Source: Deinococcales bacterium
GTDB taxonomy: Bacteria > Deinococcota > Deinococci > Deinococcales > JAAFIG01
Length of the DNA stretch: 64,000 nt
Direction: 5' to 3'
Assembly: GCA_043778225.1 (NCBI GenBank)
Contig: JAYWGM010000051.1
Span: forward strand, 1-64,000
The notes under the pieces: generated by a model
Seen by the model: the letters and a program-made list of their open reading frames with translations, nothing else
Database searches by the model: none
What the model was told of the DNA's origin: nothing
Position numbers and translations under genes: made by a program
Shown: piece by piece, positions 18,654 to 28,548 of the stretch
How the letters are laid out: each line of letters begins with the position of its first letter
Numbering within the stretch: position 1 is the stretch's first letter

Positions 18654-19589
18654 ATGTTGAACCAAATAAGGCGCGTTTTAGCGCTGACAATCACAGTAAT
18701 TGGTTTTGGAATATGTTTTGCCCAATCCGACGATGGCACACTGCTCTCGCCGAATTTGCCTTTGCCAGCCCCGCTTCACTTTTTGCCAATTGGCATTAAG
18801 CCACAAGCCGCACCTACCCCAAGCAGCGCTCAGCCTGTTGTACCACCCGTCGTGGCAGTAGCTACGCCAACCCCAATTGCCAAGCCGCCGGCAGCCTCTG
18901 TGGTAGCCCCAACTGCCAGCAGCCCAGTCAGTGCGCGTGAGCCAGCCGCCAAGCCAGCCGAAGCACCTTCTGGGCTGATTATGCCTATCTCGATTAGCCC
19001 AAGCACCAACGTTGCTAAGCCAATCGCTGCAACTCCAGTTCCGGCTCGAGTGGTTGCTGTTGCACCCAAACCAGCCCCCAAGCCAGCCAGTGTTGCAACA
19101 ACTGTCCCTAAACCAGCCCCGAAACCTGTTGTGGCAGCTAAGCCTAAACCGCCAGCCCCCAAGCCGGTGGCGGTCAAACCAGCCCCCAAGCCATCTCCAG
19201 TGGTTCGGGCTACTTCAAGTCGTTCTTTACTGACCATCACTGCCAAAAGTACGGCGTATAATTCCTTAGCGAACCAAACCGACAGCACTCCATTTGTGAC
19301 CGCGACTGGCGCTCGCACTCGCTTTGGGGTGGTGGCGCTCTCGAGGGATTTACTGCGCCGCATTCCTTATGGTTCGATTGTCCGCATCGAAGACCTTGGA
19401 AATTGGGGAAACGGACGTGGACGTGGTACATACAACCGAATGTTGGCTGGTGTAAATTTTGTGGTCGAAGACACCATGAATGCCAGAAAACGCAACACCG
19501 TGGATGTTTGGATGCCAACCCGCCGTGGGGCGATTCAATGGGGCGCACGGCAAATCCGTGTGACTGTGATTCGTTTGGGCAGAAGATAA
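18654..19589 (+). CDS. Secreted 3D-domain protein with Pro/Ala/Lys-rich linker
   Basis: Signal peptide; STAYNS..QTDSTP..TATG, VALSRD and VEDTM..TVDVWM 3D motifs; AAGGAG RBS. Confidence 0.88.
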   Translation: MLNQIRRVLALTITVIGFGICFAQSDDGTLLSPNLPLPAPLHFLPIGIKPQAAPTPSSAQPVVPPVVAVATPTPIAKPPAASVVAPTASSPVSAREPAAKPAEAPSGLIMPISISPSTNVAKPIAATPVPARVVAVAPKPAPKPASVATTVPKPAPKPVVAAKPKPPAPKPVAVKPAPKPSPVVRATSSRSLLTITAKSTAYNSLANQTDSTPFVTATGARTRFGVVALSRDLLRRIPYGSIVRIEDLGNWGNGRGRGTYNRMLAGVNFVVEDTMNARKRNTVDVWMPTRRGAIQWGARQIRVTVIRLGRR

Positions 19590-19609
19590 AAGTAAACTCT
19601 AAAACAATC

Positions 19610-19637
19610 TGCCTCGAGTTTGCTCGAGGCATTTTTT
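19610..19637 (+). terminator. Intrinsic terminator built from two CTCGAG sites
   Basis: TGCCTCGAG-TTTG-CTCGAGGCA-TTTTTT. Confidence 0.75.
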
Positions 19638-21150
19638 ATTCCCATTCAATCGTGGCTGGCGGCTTAGAAGTAATATCGTAAACCACCCGATTGACTTCTG
19701 GTATAGCATTGACAATTTTGTTGCTCACAAACTCGAGAAAATCGTGTGGCAGCCGCGCCCAGTCTGCCGTCATGCCATCAATGCTGGTGACTGCCCTGAG
19801 TGCCACCAAGTAACTGTAGGTGCGACCGTCTCCCATCACACCGACACTTCGGACTGGAGTCAGCACCGCCAAGGCTTGCCAGACGACATCGTATAAATTC
19901 CATTCTTTTAAGCCAGCAATAAAAATTGCGTCCACACGCTGCAAAATATCGATTTTATCGGGCGTAATATCGCCCAGAATCCGAATGCTCAGTCCGGGTC
20001 CCGGAAACGGATGGCGCATCCGAATCGCTTCGGGTAAGCCAAGCACTTTGGCAATTTCGCGCACTTCATCCTTAAAAAGTAAGCGAAATGGCTCGAGCAA
20101 TTCAAATTTTAAGTCGTCGGGCAGACCACCGACATTATGATGGCTCTTGATGTTGGCTGCGCCAATGCCGCCAGCACTTTCAATCACATCTGGGTAGAGT
20201 GTGCCTTGTGCCAACCAACGGTAGCCCTGAGACTCGAGCGCCCGAGCTTCACGCTCAAAGACCCGAATAAATTCTCGCCCAACGATTTTGCGTTTGGCTT
20301 CGGGGTCTGTTACTCCCGATAAAGCCGATAAAAACGGCTCGGAGGCATCCACCACCCGCAAATCGGCATTGCCAAGCGCAGCCTCGACCTCGGTGCGTTC
20401 GTTTAAGCGCAACAAACCATGGTCTACAAAAACCGCCGTGAGTTGCGAACCAATCGCCTTTTGCAGCAGCAACGCCAGCGTACTCGAGTCCACGCCGCCA
20501 GAAACCGCCAGCATGACTTTATCCGAACCGACTTTAGCGCGAATATCGGCGATTAAATCCTCGACGATATGTTCGGCTGTCCAATCGCGGGTTACACCTG
20601 CAATTGCCAAAAAATTTTCGAGAATCTGCGTTCCTTTGGGGGTATGCACCACCTCGGGGTGGAATTGTAAAGCAAAACGTTGAGCAGCGACATTCTCAAA
20701 ACCAGCGATTGTTGTATCGGCTGTGCTGCACGTGACCAAATAGCCACTTGGCAAACTTTTGACGCTATCGCCATGACTCATCCATGCTACAAAATCGGCT
20801 TTGACACCCGCAAACAACGCCCCTGTATAACTTTGCAGCACACTTTTGCCGTACTCGCGCACACTCGAGGAAGCCACCACCGCACCCATGTTTTGCGCTA
20901 ACAACTGCATTCCATAGCAAATACCCAGAATCGGCACAGGCAACTCGAGAACACCCGCACTGGGCTTAGGTGCATTATCGTCGTAGACACTGTTTGGACC
21001 ACCCGAAAGCACAATTGCCTTTGGCTCAAGCGCCAGAATTTCCTCGAGTGGCGCGTTCCCAGATAAAATCATGCTAAACGCATTTAATTCACGGAAACGC
21101 CGAGCAATTAAGCGCGTGAACTGAGAACCAAAATCAAGAATCACAATCAT
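19636..21150 (-). CDS. guaA: GMP synthase (glutamine-hydrolysing)
   Basis: [44 protein letters not shown]. Confidence 0.98.
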   Translation of the reverse strand: MIVILDFGSQFTRLIARRFRELNAFSMILSGNAPLEEILALEPKAIVLSGGPNSVYDDNAPKPSAGVLELPVPILGICYGMQLLAQNMGAVVASSSVREYGKSVLQSYTGALFAGVKADFVAWMSHGDSVKSLPSGYLVTCSTADTTIAGFENVAAQRFALQFHPEVVHTPKGTQILENFLAIAGVTRDWTAEHIVEDLIADIRAKVGSDKVMLAVSGGVDSSTLALLLQKAIGSQLTAVFVDHGLLRLNERTEVEAALGNADLRVVDASEPFLSALSGVTDPEAKRKIVGREFIRVFEREARALESQGYRWLAQGTLYPDVIESAGGIGAANIKSHHNVGGLPDDLKFELLEPFRLLFKDEVREIAKVLGLPEAIRMRHPFPGPGLSIRILGDITPDKIDILQRVDAIFIAGLKEWNLYDVVWQALAVLTPVRSVGVMGDGRTYSYLVALRAVTSIDGMTADWARLPHDFLEFVSNKIVNAIPEVNRVVYDITSKPPATIEWE

Positions 21151-21249
21151 GTGTCAGAGTGTACCTTGTTTCTTGAGTCACCACAAAAGTAAGTTTTAGG
21201 TTACTAAAATCCATCAAAATGCACACATAACACGACTATGCTCAAAAGT

Positions 21250-21687
21250 ATGAAGAAACTTTTCCTTGCCATTTCAATGCTCAGCACGCTGGCACTGGCA
21301 ACACCACCAGAACCCAAAGACCAAACCCTAACCAGCTTGACCAAACTCGAGAACCTTTGGAGAGCCAAAAAAATTCTGAACTACAGCTTTACGCTCGAGC
21401 GTTCGTGTTTCTGTGCGCCTCGAGTGGTCACCATGACTTTCACAGTTAAAAATGGCAAGAGTCAAATTAGCAATCTGACCAAAGGACAGAACATCAAGGA
21501 CTGGATGATTTACTCGAGTATTGAAAAATCGTATGCCCAAATGCGAATCCTACTCAAAAAAGGTGGACGGGTTGCACTGGTTATGGATACCAAAAATGCG
21601 ATTCCGAACCAAATTATTTTTGACCGAAAAGTCAACGCTACCGACGATGAACTTTACATCACCATCTCGAGTTTCAAGAAGCTGTGA
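21250..21687 (+). CDS. Secreted protein, DUF6174-like
   Basis: Signal peptide; W...YSFTLERSCFC and D....TDDE motifs. Confidence 0.65.
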   Translation: MKKLFLAISMLSTLALATPPEPKDQTLTSLTKLENLWRAKKILNYSFTLERSCFCAPRVVTMTFTVKNGKSQISNLTKGQNIKDWMIYSSIEKSYAQMRILLKKGGRVALVMDTKNAIPNQIIFDRKVNATDDELYITISSFKKL

Positions 21688-21698
21688 ATAGAGTTTGT

Positions 21699-22322
21699 TT
21701 AAGGCTTTATTTCGTCAACATTCTCGAGATTTGATTCTTTCTTTTCGATAAAAACACCAATGCGCGTGCTTTCACCTGATTTCCCACCGTCATATTCTTC
21801 AAATTCAGGTTCGGACTCGAGCCAACGCCGTGCAAAGAACAGCAGCAATTCTCGGGCGAACAGCATAAAAGTGAGCAATCCAAAAGCATCTACTTGTAAT
21901 CTGAAAATGGTGACAAAGAACAGCATTCCTACAATCACACCGTCAGAAACAGCCGCTAAGGCTCGAGTCCAGATTTCAAAGGTGCGTTCATCCATTTTGT
22001 CTTGTTCGGCAAAGAGTGTCAGGAGCATTGCCCCAGCAATCCAAAGGTAAGCAAGGTTTTGACCAATTGCGAAACCAACAATGGCAACGGCAGCCGTACC
22101 AATCAGAACCCGAGGTTGCACAAGGCGGTCACTGAGTTTTCTGGCATCTACATTAAAATCAAGGCTGCTTTTACCATCGCTTGAACGCCTTATAAAACGC
22201 CGAGTTAAAGCTGTTGGAGATACAACCAGAAGCACTGACGGAACAGTAATTGCCCGAGTTAAAAAATAAAAAACAAGGTAGAAATTTACAAAGAAAAGCA
22301 GTGTTCCAAGTAAGAAATTCAT
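21699..22322 (-). CDS. Membrane protein
   Basis: Several TM segments; ATGA overlap with the upstream HTH gene. Confidence 0.7.
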   Translation of the reverse strand: MNFLLGTLLFFVNFYLVFYFLTRAITVPSVLLVVSPTALTRRFIRRSSDGKSSLDFNVDARKLSDRLVQPRVLIGTAAVAIVGFAIGQNLAYLWIAGAMLLTLFAEQDKMDERTFEIWTRALAAVSDGVIVGMLFFVTIFRLQVDAFGLLTFMLFARELLLFFARRWLESEPEFEEYDGGKSGESTRIGVFIEKKESNLENVDEIKP

Positions 22323-22519
22323 GCGGTTGTCTCCTCGAGAAAAATCTCTTCGATGCGTTGATTGAACAATTTGGCTAATTTGAATGCCAGTGGCAAACTT
22401 GGGTCGTATTTGCCAGTCTCGAGGGCGTTAATCGTTTGGCGGCTTACGCCAAGCGCATCGGCAAGGTCGGCTTGGGATAATCGTTTAATGGCGCGAAGTT
22501 CGCGGATTCGGTTTTCCAT
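22319..22519 (-). CDS. XRE/Cro-C1 helix-turn-helix regulator
   Basis: LSQADLADALGVSRQTINALETGKYDPSLPLAFKLA. Confidence 0.95.
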   Translation of the reverse strand: MENRIRELRAIKRLSQADLADALGVSRQTINALETGKYDPSLPLAFKLAKLFNQRIEEIFLEETTA

Positions 22520-22522
22520 GGT

Positions 22523-23644
22523 TCATCCTGCTTGCGCCCAGACTCGAGCGGCAGCAATTCGTTTTTCGATGCTTGGATGGTCATGCAGCCAAATCTCAAC
22601 CCATTCTGGTGGGTTTGGGTCGCGCAGATTTTCGACCGCTAAGACCCGAAAAGCACTTTCAAAAGCACTGGGGTTTTGGGTAATCTCGAGTGCATAGCGG
22701 TCGGCACGGTATTCCATACGGCGCTTATAGGCGTTAATGCCCAGACTGCCAATTTGTCCGATAACCGTAAACGCCAGCATAAACAGTGGCAGCGTGGCAA
22801 TGTCGCTTGCGCCTTGTAAACCAAACTGCGTGCCTAGGCTCGAGAATAAAAGCTGGGAAATACCAATAATAATCATGATTTGCGTGGCGGACAAGACAAT
22901 CAGCATTGGCACATCGCGGTGAACTTTGTGTCCGAGTTCGTGCGCCAAGACCATTTCGACACTTTCGGGCTGCATTTTCTCGAGCAGTGTATCGGAAATA
23001 ATCACTTCTGTGCCAAGTCCATCGGGCGATAACGAGGCATTCATGCCTTTGGTTTTAGCAGAAACCTCGAGCTTAGAAACTTTACTGAGTTTAACACCAG
23101 CTTTTTTGAAAACCGCTTGGATGCGTTGCTCGAGGTCTGGGTTGTTGATTGGGCTGGATTTATGGTTCAAGCGTGCCAGTTTGGGCGATAAAAACAAAAT
23201 AACCGTAAAAAGCAGCGCGATTAAGCCCAGTGCCATCGGAAACCAGAGGCTCGGGAAACTGCGAAAAATCGTGTATAACCCTAAAAAGACCAAGCTCATG
23301 ATGACCGTATTGACTGCCAAGCCTTTGAGGTTATCAAGCAACCAGCCCGAAAAATTTTGCTTGAGGATGCCATATTTTTTGCCCTCAAAATAGCCAAAAT
23401 AAAGCTCGAGTGGAAAATCAAAGCAAAACAGTATGATTTGAAAGACCAGTATAAAAAAAATAGTCGGCAATAAAGCATTGCCACCCAAAGCATCGCGCAG
23501 AGCAGCCGATAAACCCGAAACCGTAAATAGCGTCAGCATCAACAACGATAGTCCAAGACCAAGCGCCGCGCTGACCACCAGATTTTGTTCTCGGGCTTTG
23601 GCTTGCTCGAGTTGCTCGCCCTCTAAAATTGGTGTGTTGGTCAT
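22523..23644 (-). CDS. M48 (Ste24-like) membrane zinc metalloprotease
   Basis: AHELGH, EYRADRYA and HPSIEKRI motifs; TM helices. Confidence 0.92.
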   Translation of the reverse strand: MTNTPILEGEQLEQAKAREQNLVVSAALGLGLSLLMLTLFTVSGLSAALRDALGGNALLPTIFFILVFQIILFCFDFPLELYFGYFEGKKYGILKQNFSGWLLDNLKGLAVNTVIMSLVFLGLYTIFRSFPSLWFPMALGLIALLFTVILFLSPKLARLNHKSSPINNPDLEQRIQAVFKKAGVKLSKVSKLEVSAKTKGMNASLSPDGLGTEVIISDTLLEKMQPESVEMVLAHELGHKVHRDVPMLIVLSATQIMIIIGISQLLFSSLGTQFGLQGASDIATLPLFMLAFTVIGQIGSLGINAYKRRMEYRADRYALEITQNPSAFESAFRVLAVENLRDPNPPEWVEIWLHDHPSIEKRIAAARVWAQAG

Positions 23645-24657
23645 GAGCTACCGACTTTCTCGAGAATGGTTTCTATATTGCCTTGCCAAGCAATACTGGC
23701 AATGTAGGGCTTAAAGCCCATTTCAGTGTTGATTTTGAGCATCGGGGCGTTGCTGTCGGCGTTGCCTGTACGAATAAATTGAGCTTCAGGGTTGACCTCG
23801 AGTAAACGCTGGATATTGGCGGCTTTGAGCCAGCGTCCCAAGCCATGATTACGATGCTCGGGCAGTACGCCTGTGCCACCTTGGGAGACAATGCCAGGAC
23901 GGCTTTTACCCCAACCGAGTTCGTTTAAGCCAACCAAAGTACCACTCATGTGTCGTACCACGGCGGTTAAAGCATCTCGGTTGCCGGCTTTTCGCATGGC
24001 TTCTTGCTGACGAAGCATTTCTGGGGTGAAATGAAAATCTTCTACATCTAGATCATCTTTTGGGGCAGTGTTCATGACGTTGCCCAATTTGGCATATGCC
24101 ACCAAATCTGTTTCTGGAATGTCACCGTGCCAAATTTCTAAGCTGTACTGGCTGGGTTGCCGAGTTGTCCAAGTGTTTAGTAAGTCATTGGGTAATTCGG
24201 TAATTTTAAGTTGATTAACATGATTTACCAGCCCCTTGGTCAGCCCGTATTTCTCGAGAAATGGTTGACCCGCAGACACACGGTCAGTGCTGTCGGTAAT
24301 CAGTAGCGTCCGTCCGAGTTGCTGGCTGTGCTGCGCGGCTAAACGGAGCAATTTTGTGCCGATGCCTTGGCGACGCAAATGCGACTCAACAACCAATTCA
24401 AGTTGAACAAGGTGTTGATTGGTGTCCATATTTAGAATTTGCAATGTGGCATGAGCGCCAACTCCATTTGCATCAGCTACACTCCAAGTTTCAAGGTCAA
24501 GGATGGGTGGGATGTGTGCCATTTGTGCCACCATTTCTTCGGGGTTTCGAGCAGGGTCGTCTGGATGAGTTTCGAGCCGATGGCGATTGCCGTGTTCGAC
24601 AACAGCGCGAATAAAATCGGGGGTGAAATCTGTTTTGCTGCGGTGTTCGATGTTCAT
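23641..24657 (-). CDS. Tandem-domain GNAT acetyltransferase
   Basis: RRQGIG and RNHGLG acetyl-CoA motifs, TGNADSNAPMLKIN..MGF; start 24657 with AAGGAG RBS and ATGA overlap. Confidence 0.88.
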   Translation of the reverse strand: MNIEHRSKTDFTPDFIRAVVEHGNRHRLETHPDDPARNPEEMVAQMAHIPPILDLETWSVADANGVGAHATLQILNMDTNQHLVQLELVVESHLRRQGIGTKLLRLAAQHSQQLGRTLLITDSTDRVSAGQPFLEKYGLTKGLVNHVNQLKITELPNDLLNTWTTRQPSQYSLEIWHGDIPETDLVAYAKLGNVMNTAPKDDLDVEDFHFTPEMLRQQEAMRKAGNRDALTAVVRHMSGTLVGLNELGWGKSRPGIVSQGGTGVLPEHRNHGLGRWLKAANIQRLLEVNPEAQFIRTGNADSNAPMLKINTEMGFKPYIASIAWQGNIETILEKVGSS

Positions 24658-24920
24658 GATGCTCCTTGTGGCTCGAGGGTGGTGGTCAGGGCTGCCCATG
24701 CGGTGCGAAGGGCGTATTTGGCGGCTTTGAAGCGACCCAAGCCCGTAGGTGCTGCTTTAAGCGACCCAAGCTCGAAGGTGCTATCTTTGGGGTCAAGAAG
24801 GGTCAAGAAAGCACGGCGAAGGTTTCTGGCACGGGCTTGGCGTTGTGGCTCGAGCAGCACAAAGACTTGGGCTTGATAAATCAGGGTCTCGAGTTTTACG
24901 GGGTTGGTATAGACATTCAT
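24654..24920 (-). CDS. Small hypothetical protein carrying a repeat-derived segment
   Basis: AAAGGAG RBS; first gene of the GNAT-M48-HTH operon; contains LLDPKDSTFELGSLKAAPTGLG. Confidence 0.55.
   Translation of the reverse strand: MNVYTNPVKLETLIYQAQVFVLLEPQRQARARNLRRAFLTLLDPKDSTFELGSLKAAPTGLGRFKAAKYALRTAWAALTTTLEPQGAS
24729..24809. repeat. Degenerate copies of the dnaX intragenic repeat
   Basis: GAAGCGACCCAAGCCCGTAGGTGC and TCTTTGGGGTCAAGAAG match the 39-bp unit at 61141-61306. Confidence 0.75.
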
Positions 24921-25050
24921 GGAATTCACTCCTTTGGACTTCTCTTCTTCACTAAAGTGTAAAAGAAACTTGGCTAAATGTCAAGTGTGCTTGTCAAAAA
25001 GTCAAAGAAGCACGACACAAAATTTGGGGAAGCACAGGACTTGCGGGGGC

Positions 25051-25079
25051 TTGTCAGAACCCCTAACTTTATGTATACT
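25051..25079 (+). promoter_or_regulatory. Sigma70-type promoter of tRNA-Pro
   Basis: TTGTCA-17 nt-TATACT. Confidence 0.75.
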
Positions 25080-25112
25080 CCTCGCCGCCAGAGATGGTTT
25101 ATCCCAAAGGTT

Positions 25113-25189
25113 CGGGGACTAGCGCAGTCTGGTAGCGCATTTGGTTTGGGACCAAAGGGTCGGGGGTTCAAATCCCTCGTCCCCGACCA
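25113..25189 (+). tRNA. tRNA-Pro(UGG)
   Basis: CGGGGAC/GTCCCCG acceptor stem, anticodon loop TTTGGGA, GGTTCAAATCC T-arm, encoded CCA. Confidence 0.97.
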
Positions 25190-25197
25190 CAAAAAAG

Positions 25198-25223
25198 AAA
25201 CCTGCTTAACGGCAGGTTTTTTT
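25198..25223 (+). terminator. Intrinsic terminator after the tRNA
   Basis: AAACCTGC-TTAACG-GCAGGTTTTTTT. Confidence 0.85.
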
Positions 25224-25276
25224 CTTTTGAATTCTTGACTACCGCCGATTTTTTAGCTCAAGTGTTAGAGTAGAGC

Positions 25277-26422
25277 GTGAATCCTTCACTGACCCCCTTA
25301 GTTACTGTTGCCACCTATGCAGTCATGATTGCCATTGGGGCAATGAATGCCAGTTACGGCTCGGTGCTACCGTTTCTCGAGCGCCAATTTGTGGTCACCA
25401 GTGCCGAAATCGGTTTTTTAAGCACCGCCCAAACGATTGGTGGGGTGCTTGGAAATTTAAGCACTGCCTTTCTCGAGAAGCGTTTTACAGCTGGGCAACA
25501 AATGTTTGGTGGTGGAGCAGGGTTTGCTTTTGGGGCAGTCTTTTTTGCCTTGGCAATGACTTTTCAACTTGGTTTTTTAGTGGCATTGCTGGCGCTTTTT
25601 ATCATGGGTTTAGGGTTGGGTTTGTTCCAAGTTAATTTTGCCAATATCTTCTCGAGGGGCTTTGGAGCGCGTTCGGGTGCGGTGATGTCGGTCATGAGTA
25701 CCGCTTTTGCAGTGGGTAGTGTGGCTGGTCCACTATTGGCGGTACGACTTGGTGGGGCATATGCGTGGTTGCCAGTGGCTTTTGGAGTCCTGACTTTGGG
25801 TTGTGCGCTCCTGATGCGACCAGCCAAAAATTCTGAACCCGCCACTGCCGAGGCTCGAGGCGGAATTAACCTCGACAGTTGGTTATTTGCGATTATGATT
25901 GCCTTGTACGTTGTGGCAGAACAAGGTGCGGGTTTCTGGGGTGTGACCCATTTGGTTTCGATTGGCTGGAAACCCGAAGCCGCCGCCGTGGTTTTCTCGA
26001 GCTTTTGGCTGATGCTGTTGGTTGGGCGTTTGGTTGGTGCGGCAGTCGCCACAAAATTCTCGAGCGAACAAGTGGTTATTTTTGGTTTGCTTGGTTCTAG
26101 CTTGGCTTTTTTGCTCACCAATGTGGCTGGTTTGGCTGCTCCAGCCTATTTGTTAGCTGGAATTTTATTTGCGCCAGTTTTTCCTTTGGGCTTAACGTGG
26201 TTAGCCAAAGGCAATCCCTCGAGTCTGGCAACCACCCAGTACCTAATTGCTGGCAGTGTCGGGGCAGCGATTGGAACGCCGCTTGTGGGCGGCTTAAAAA
26301 CAATCTTTGGTGATGTTGCCATTCCGATTGCCTTAACCGTGGCTTGTGGGTTGTCTTTGGCGGTGGCGCTGGTCTTGCGGGTACGGCAAACTCGTGGGCT
26401 ATCCAGTACACTTAAAATATGA
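25277..26422 (+). CDS. MFS transporter
   Basis: About 12 hydrophobic helices in 381 aa, FucP-like pattern. Confidence 0.88.
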   Translation: MNPSLTPLVTVATYAVMIAIGAMNASYGSVLPFLERQFVVTSAEIGFLSTAQTIGGVLGNLSTAFLEKRFTAGQQMFGGGAGFAFGAVFFALAMTFQLGFLVALLALFIMGLGLGLFQVNFANIFSRGFGARSGAVMSVMSTAFAVGSVAGPLLAVRLGGAYAWLPVAFGVLTLGCALLMRPAKNSEPATAEARGGINLDSWLFAIMIALYVVAEQGAGFWGVTHLVSIGWKPEAAAVVFSSFWLMLLVGRLVGAAVATKFSSEQVVIFGLLGSSLAFLLTNVAGLAAPAYLLAGILFAPVFPLGLTWLAKGNPSSLATTQYLIAGSVGAAIGTPLVGGLKTIFGDVAIPIALTVACGLSLAVALVLRVRQTRGLSSTLKI

Positions 26423-27168
26423 AGCGATTTATTGAGTTTTCTGAAATTCCCGAGCAAGCAGTGCTGCTCGATGCTCGAGCCAAAGCCGATTACTTGGCTG
26501 GGCATATGCCAATGGCACGCCATGCCGAATTTCTCGAGAAATTTATGATTCGTAACCCCGAACAACTCGAATTTTTTAACCTGACGCTCGAGGCTTGGAT
26601 TCGAGGCTTGGGCTTGACTGGCACGGAGCAAATCGTGCTGTACGATGCCGGGCGCGACACCCGAGCCTCAAGAGCAGCATGGGCGCTCGAGTATGCTGGA
26701 TTTAGCGTACAAGTGCTGCGCCAAGGGATAGAAGGCAAGCTCGAGACGATAATCCCCAAATTAAAGCCCAGTCAATTTGTGCTTTTGCCCAACCGAGCTT
26801 TGTTGGCAACTGCCGAGGATGTGCTAAGCGGCAAGGCACTGGTCTTGGATGCTCGAGACAACCTCGAGTTTGCAGGGCAAAAAATCCCGCCGGGGGCAAC
26901 TCGAGGTGGTCATATTCCCAAGGCACTACATCTGGATTGGCAAAAACTGGCTGACCAAGATGGGATTTTGGCTGGCAACCAAATTGATGCGGTTCTCGAG
27001 TCAATCCCCAAGAACCGCGAAATTATTGTTCATTGTCAATCTGGGGCGCGTTCGAGTGTGCTTTTTTTGGCGCTTCGTGAACGTGGGTATACGGTCAGTA
27101 ATTATCTTGGCAGCATGAACGAATGGCTCAACGACCCAAGTTTACCGGTCGATCATTTTGGCGCATAG
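26419..27168 (+). CDS. Tandem rhodanese sulfurtransferase
   Basis: LDAR..GH(M/I)P twice, active-site HCQSGARS, YLGSMNEW. Confidence 0.9.
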   Translation: MKRFIEFSEIPEQAVLLDARAKADYLAGHMPMARHAEFLEKFMIRNPEQLEFFNLTLEAWIRGLGLTGTEQIVLYDAGRDTRASRAAWALEYAGFSVQVLRQGIEGKLETIIPKLKPSQFVLLPNRALLATAEDVLSGKALVLDARDNLEFAGQKIPPGATRGGHIPKALHLDWQKLADQDGILAGNQIDAVLESIPKNREIIVHCQSGARSSVLFLALRERGYTVSNYLGSMNEWLNDPSLPVDHFGA

Positions 27169-28421
27169 CCATTGTTGGCGATCAAATCGGCATCAATTAT
27201 TTTGGCGGCTTTGCTGAGTACAAACTGCGGATTTGTGCCACTCGAAATCGCCACCACCGCGTCCGAAAAGGCTTTGGTAATAACTGGGTAAGCGGGTGTG
27301 GCTGGACGCTCGAGTGAAACGCCACTTGCAAGCTGCTGGACATACAAGCCCAATTCGCCTTTTGGTCCATAGTTTTTGGATTTGGCAATGCTGCTTTTAC
27401 GGCTTGGGACTGTGCCACTTAAATCGCTCATGCTTAAAACGCTTGGCGAACTAACCAAATAATTTAAGACCTTAGCGGCAGCATCTGGCGTTGGGCAACT
27501 GCTCGAGATGCCAAAATTCCAACTGCCACTGGCAGTCACGGCTTTTTTGCCAAAGCGCGGCATTGGAATCAAGACCAAATCGCTTTTCAGGGCTTTTTTA
27601 TAATCCACATATGCCCAGCTTCCAACATACGAAAGGGCGGCTCTGCCTTTGATAAAATCTTGGTCAGATTTGGTATTGACATTGACGTACCTCAGCATCT
27701 TTTGAAAATAGGTCATGCCAGCCACAGCCGATGCACCATCTAAAGTGCCAGTGGCGGTTTTATAGGTGCTGCGATTGATTAAGTCGCCACCAAACGACTG
27801 CATAATTGGCGCAAAACCATAGGTAAACCATTCGCCCTTTCCATAGTTAAATTTCATATCGAGCGGATACTGACGACCACGTTTTTTAAGATGCTCGAGA
27901 ATCGCCATAAATTTATTGCCACTCCAAGCTGTCTCGAGTGAATTGGGGATGCCAATGCCCGCAAAACGCAAAACCCGACGGTTGCCCCAAAGCGCTAAGC
28001 CACTTTCAAATTGTCCAAGGCTGTAGAGTTGCTTATTGTACGTACCTTGATTGATGATGCTCGGTAAAAAGTCGGCTTTATCTTCAGCACTGATGTACTT
28101 ATCGATTGGAATCAGCTTATTGGTGTAGACATAACTGTACAAATTTGGTCCATCGAAATCTAAGACACAGGGCAACGAATCGCCAAGCGCGGCGGCTTCG
28201 ACTTGTTCGTTGTAGCCACCTTGAGGCAAACCGACCAAATCAATTTGAATTTCTTGATTGGTGTCGTTAAATTTTTTAACCAAGGCATTAAAGGCTTTTC
28301 CTTCGGCGCTGGTATCGCGGCTCGAGTGAACCCAGAGCGAAACCACGACCGGACTGGCGTTTTGGGCAATCACAACTGCACCAAAAGCCGTGGCTAGACC
28401 AAGTAAAACAAACTTTTTCAT
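27153..28421 (-). CDS. Sugar ABC transporter substrate-binding protein (orphan in this window)
   Basis: Signal peptide; LPCVLDFDGP, GSWNFGI and RPATPAYP motifs; AAGGAG RBS. Confidence 0.85.
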   Translation of the reverse strand: MKKFVLLGLATAFGAVVIAQNASPVVVSLWVHSSRDTSAEGKAFNALVKKFNDTNQEIQIDLVGLPQGGYNEQVEAAALGDSLPCVLDFDGPNLYSYVYTNKLIPIDKYISAEDKADFLPSIINQGTYNKQLYSLGQFESGLALWGNRRVLRFAGIGIPNSLETAWSGNKFMAILEHLKKRGRQYPLDMKFNYGKGEWFTYGFAPIMQSFGGDLINRSTYKTATGTLDGASAVAGMTYFQKMLRYVNVNTKSDQDFIKGRAALSYVGSWAYVDYKKALKSDLVLIPMPRFGKKAVTASGSWNFGISSSCPTPDAAAKVLNYLVSSPSVLSMSDLSGTVPSRKSSIAKSKNYGPKGELGLYVQQLASGVSLERPATPAYPVITKAFSDAVVAISSGTNPQFVLSKAAKIIDADLIANNGYAPK

Positions 28422-28548
28422 GAAGACTCCTTAATCTTTTGAGAGATGCGAACAGAATACTCGAGAAAAAGCAAAGCCAGTGTGCAAAAAGCACATCAAG
28501 TGCAAAATTTGATACCAACAACACCAAAAATCATGGATAATACTTTTT

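Noticed and set aside
18830..19363. Long antisense ORFs (also 9971-10588, 39546-40271, 48206-48880, 56454-57218, 61753-62478)
   Set aside because: Shadows of well-supported genes on the opposite strand, with no motifs or start signals.
25113..25280. Integrative element at tRNA-Pro
   Set aside because: No integrase nearby and no duplicated tRNA 3' end seen in the window.
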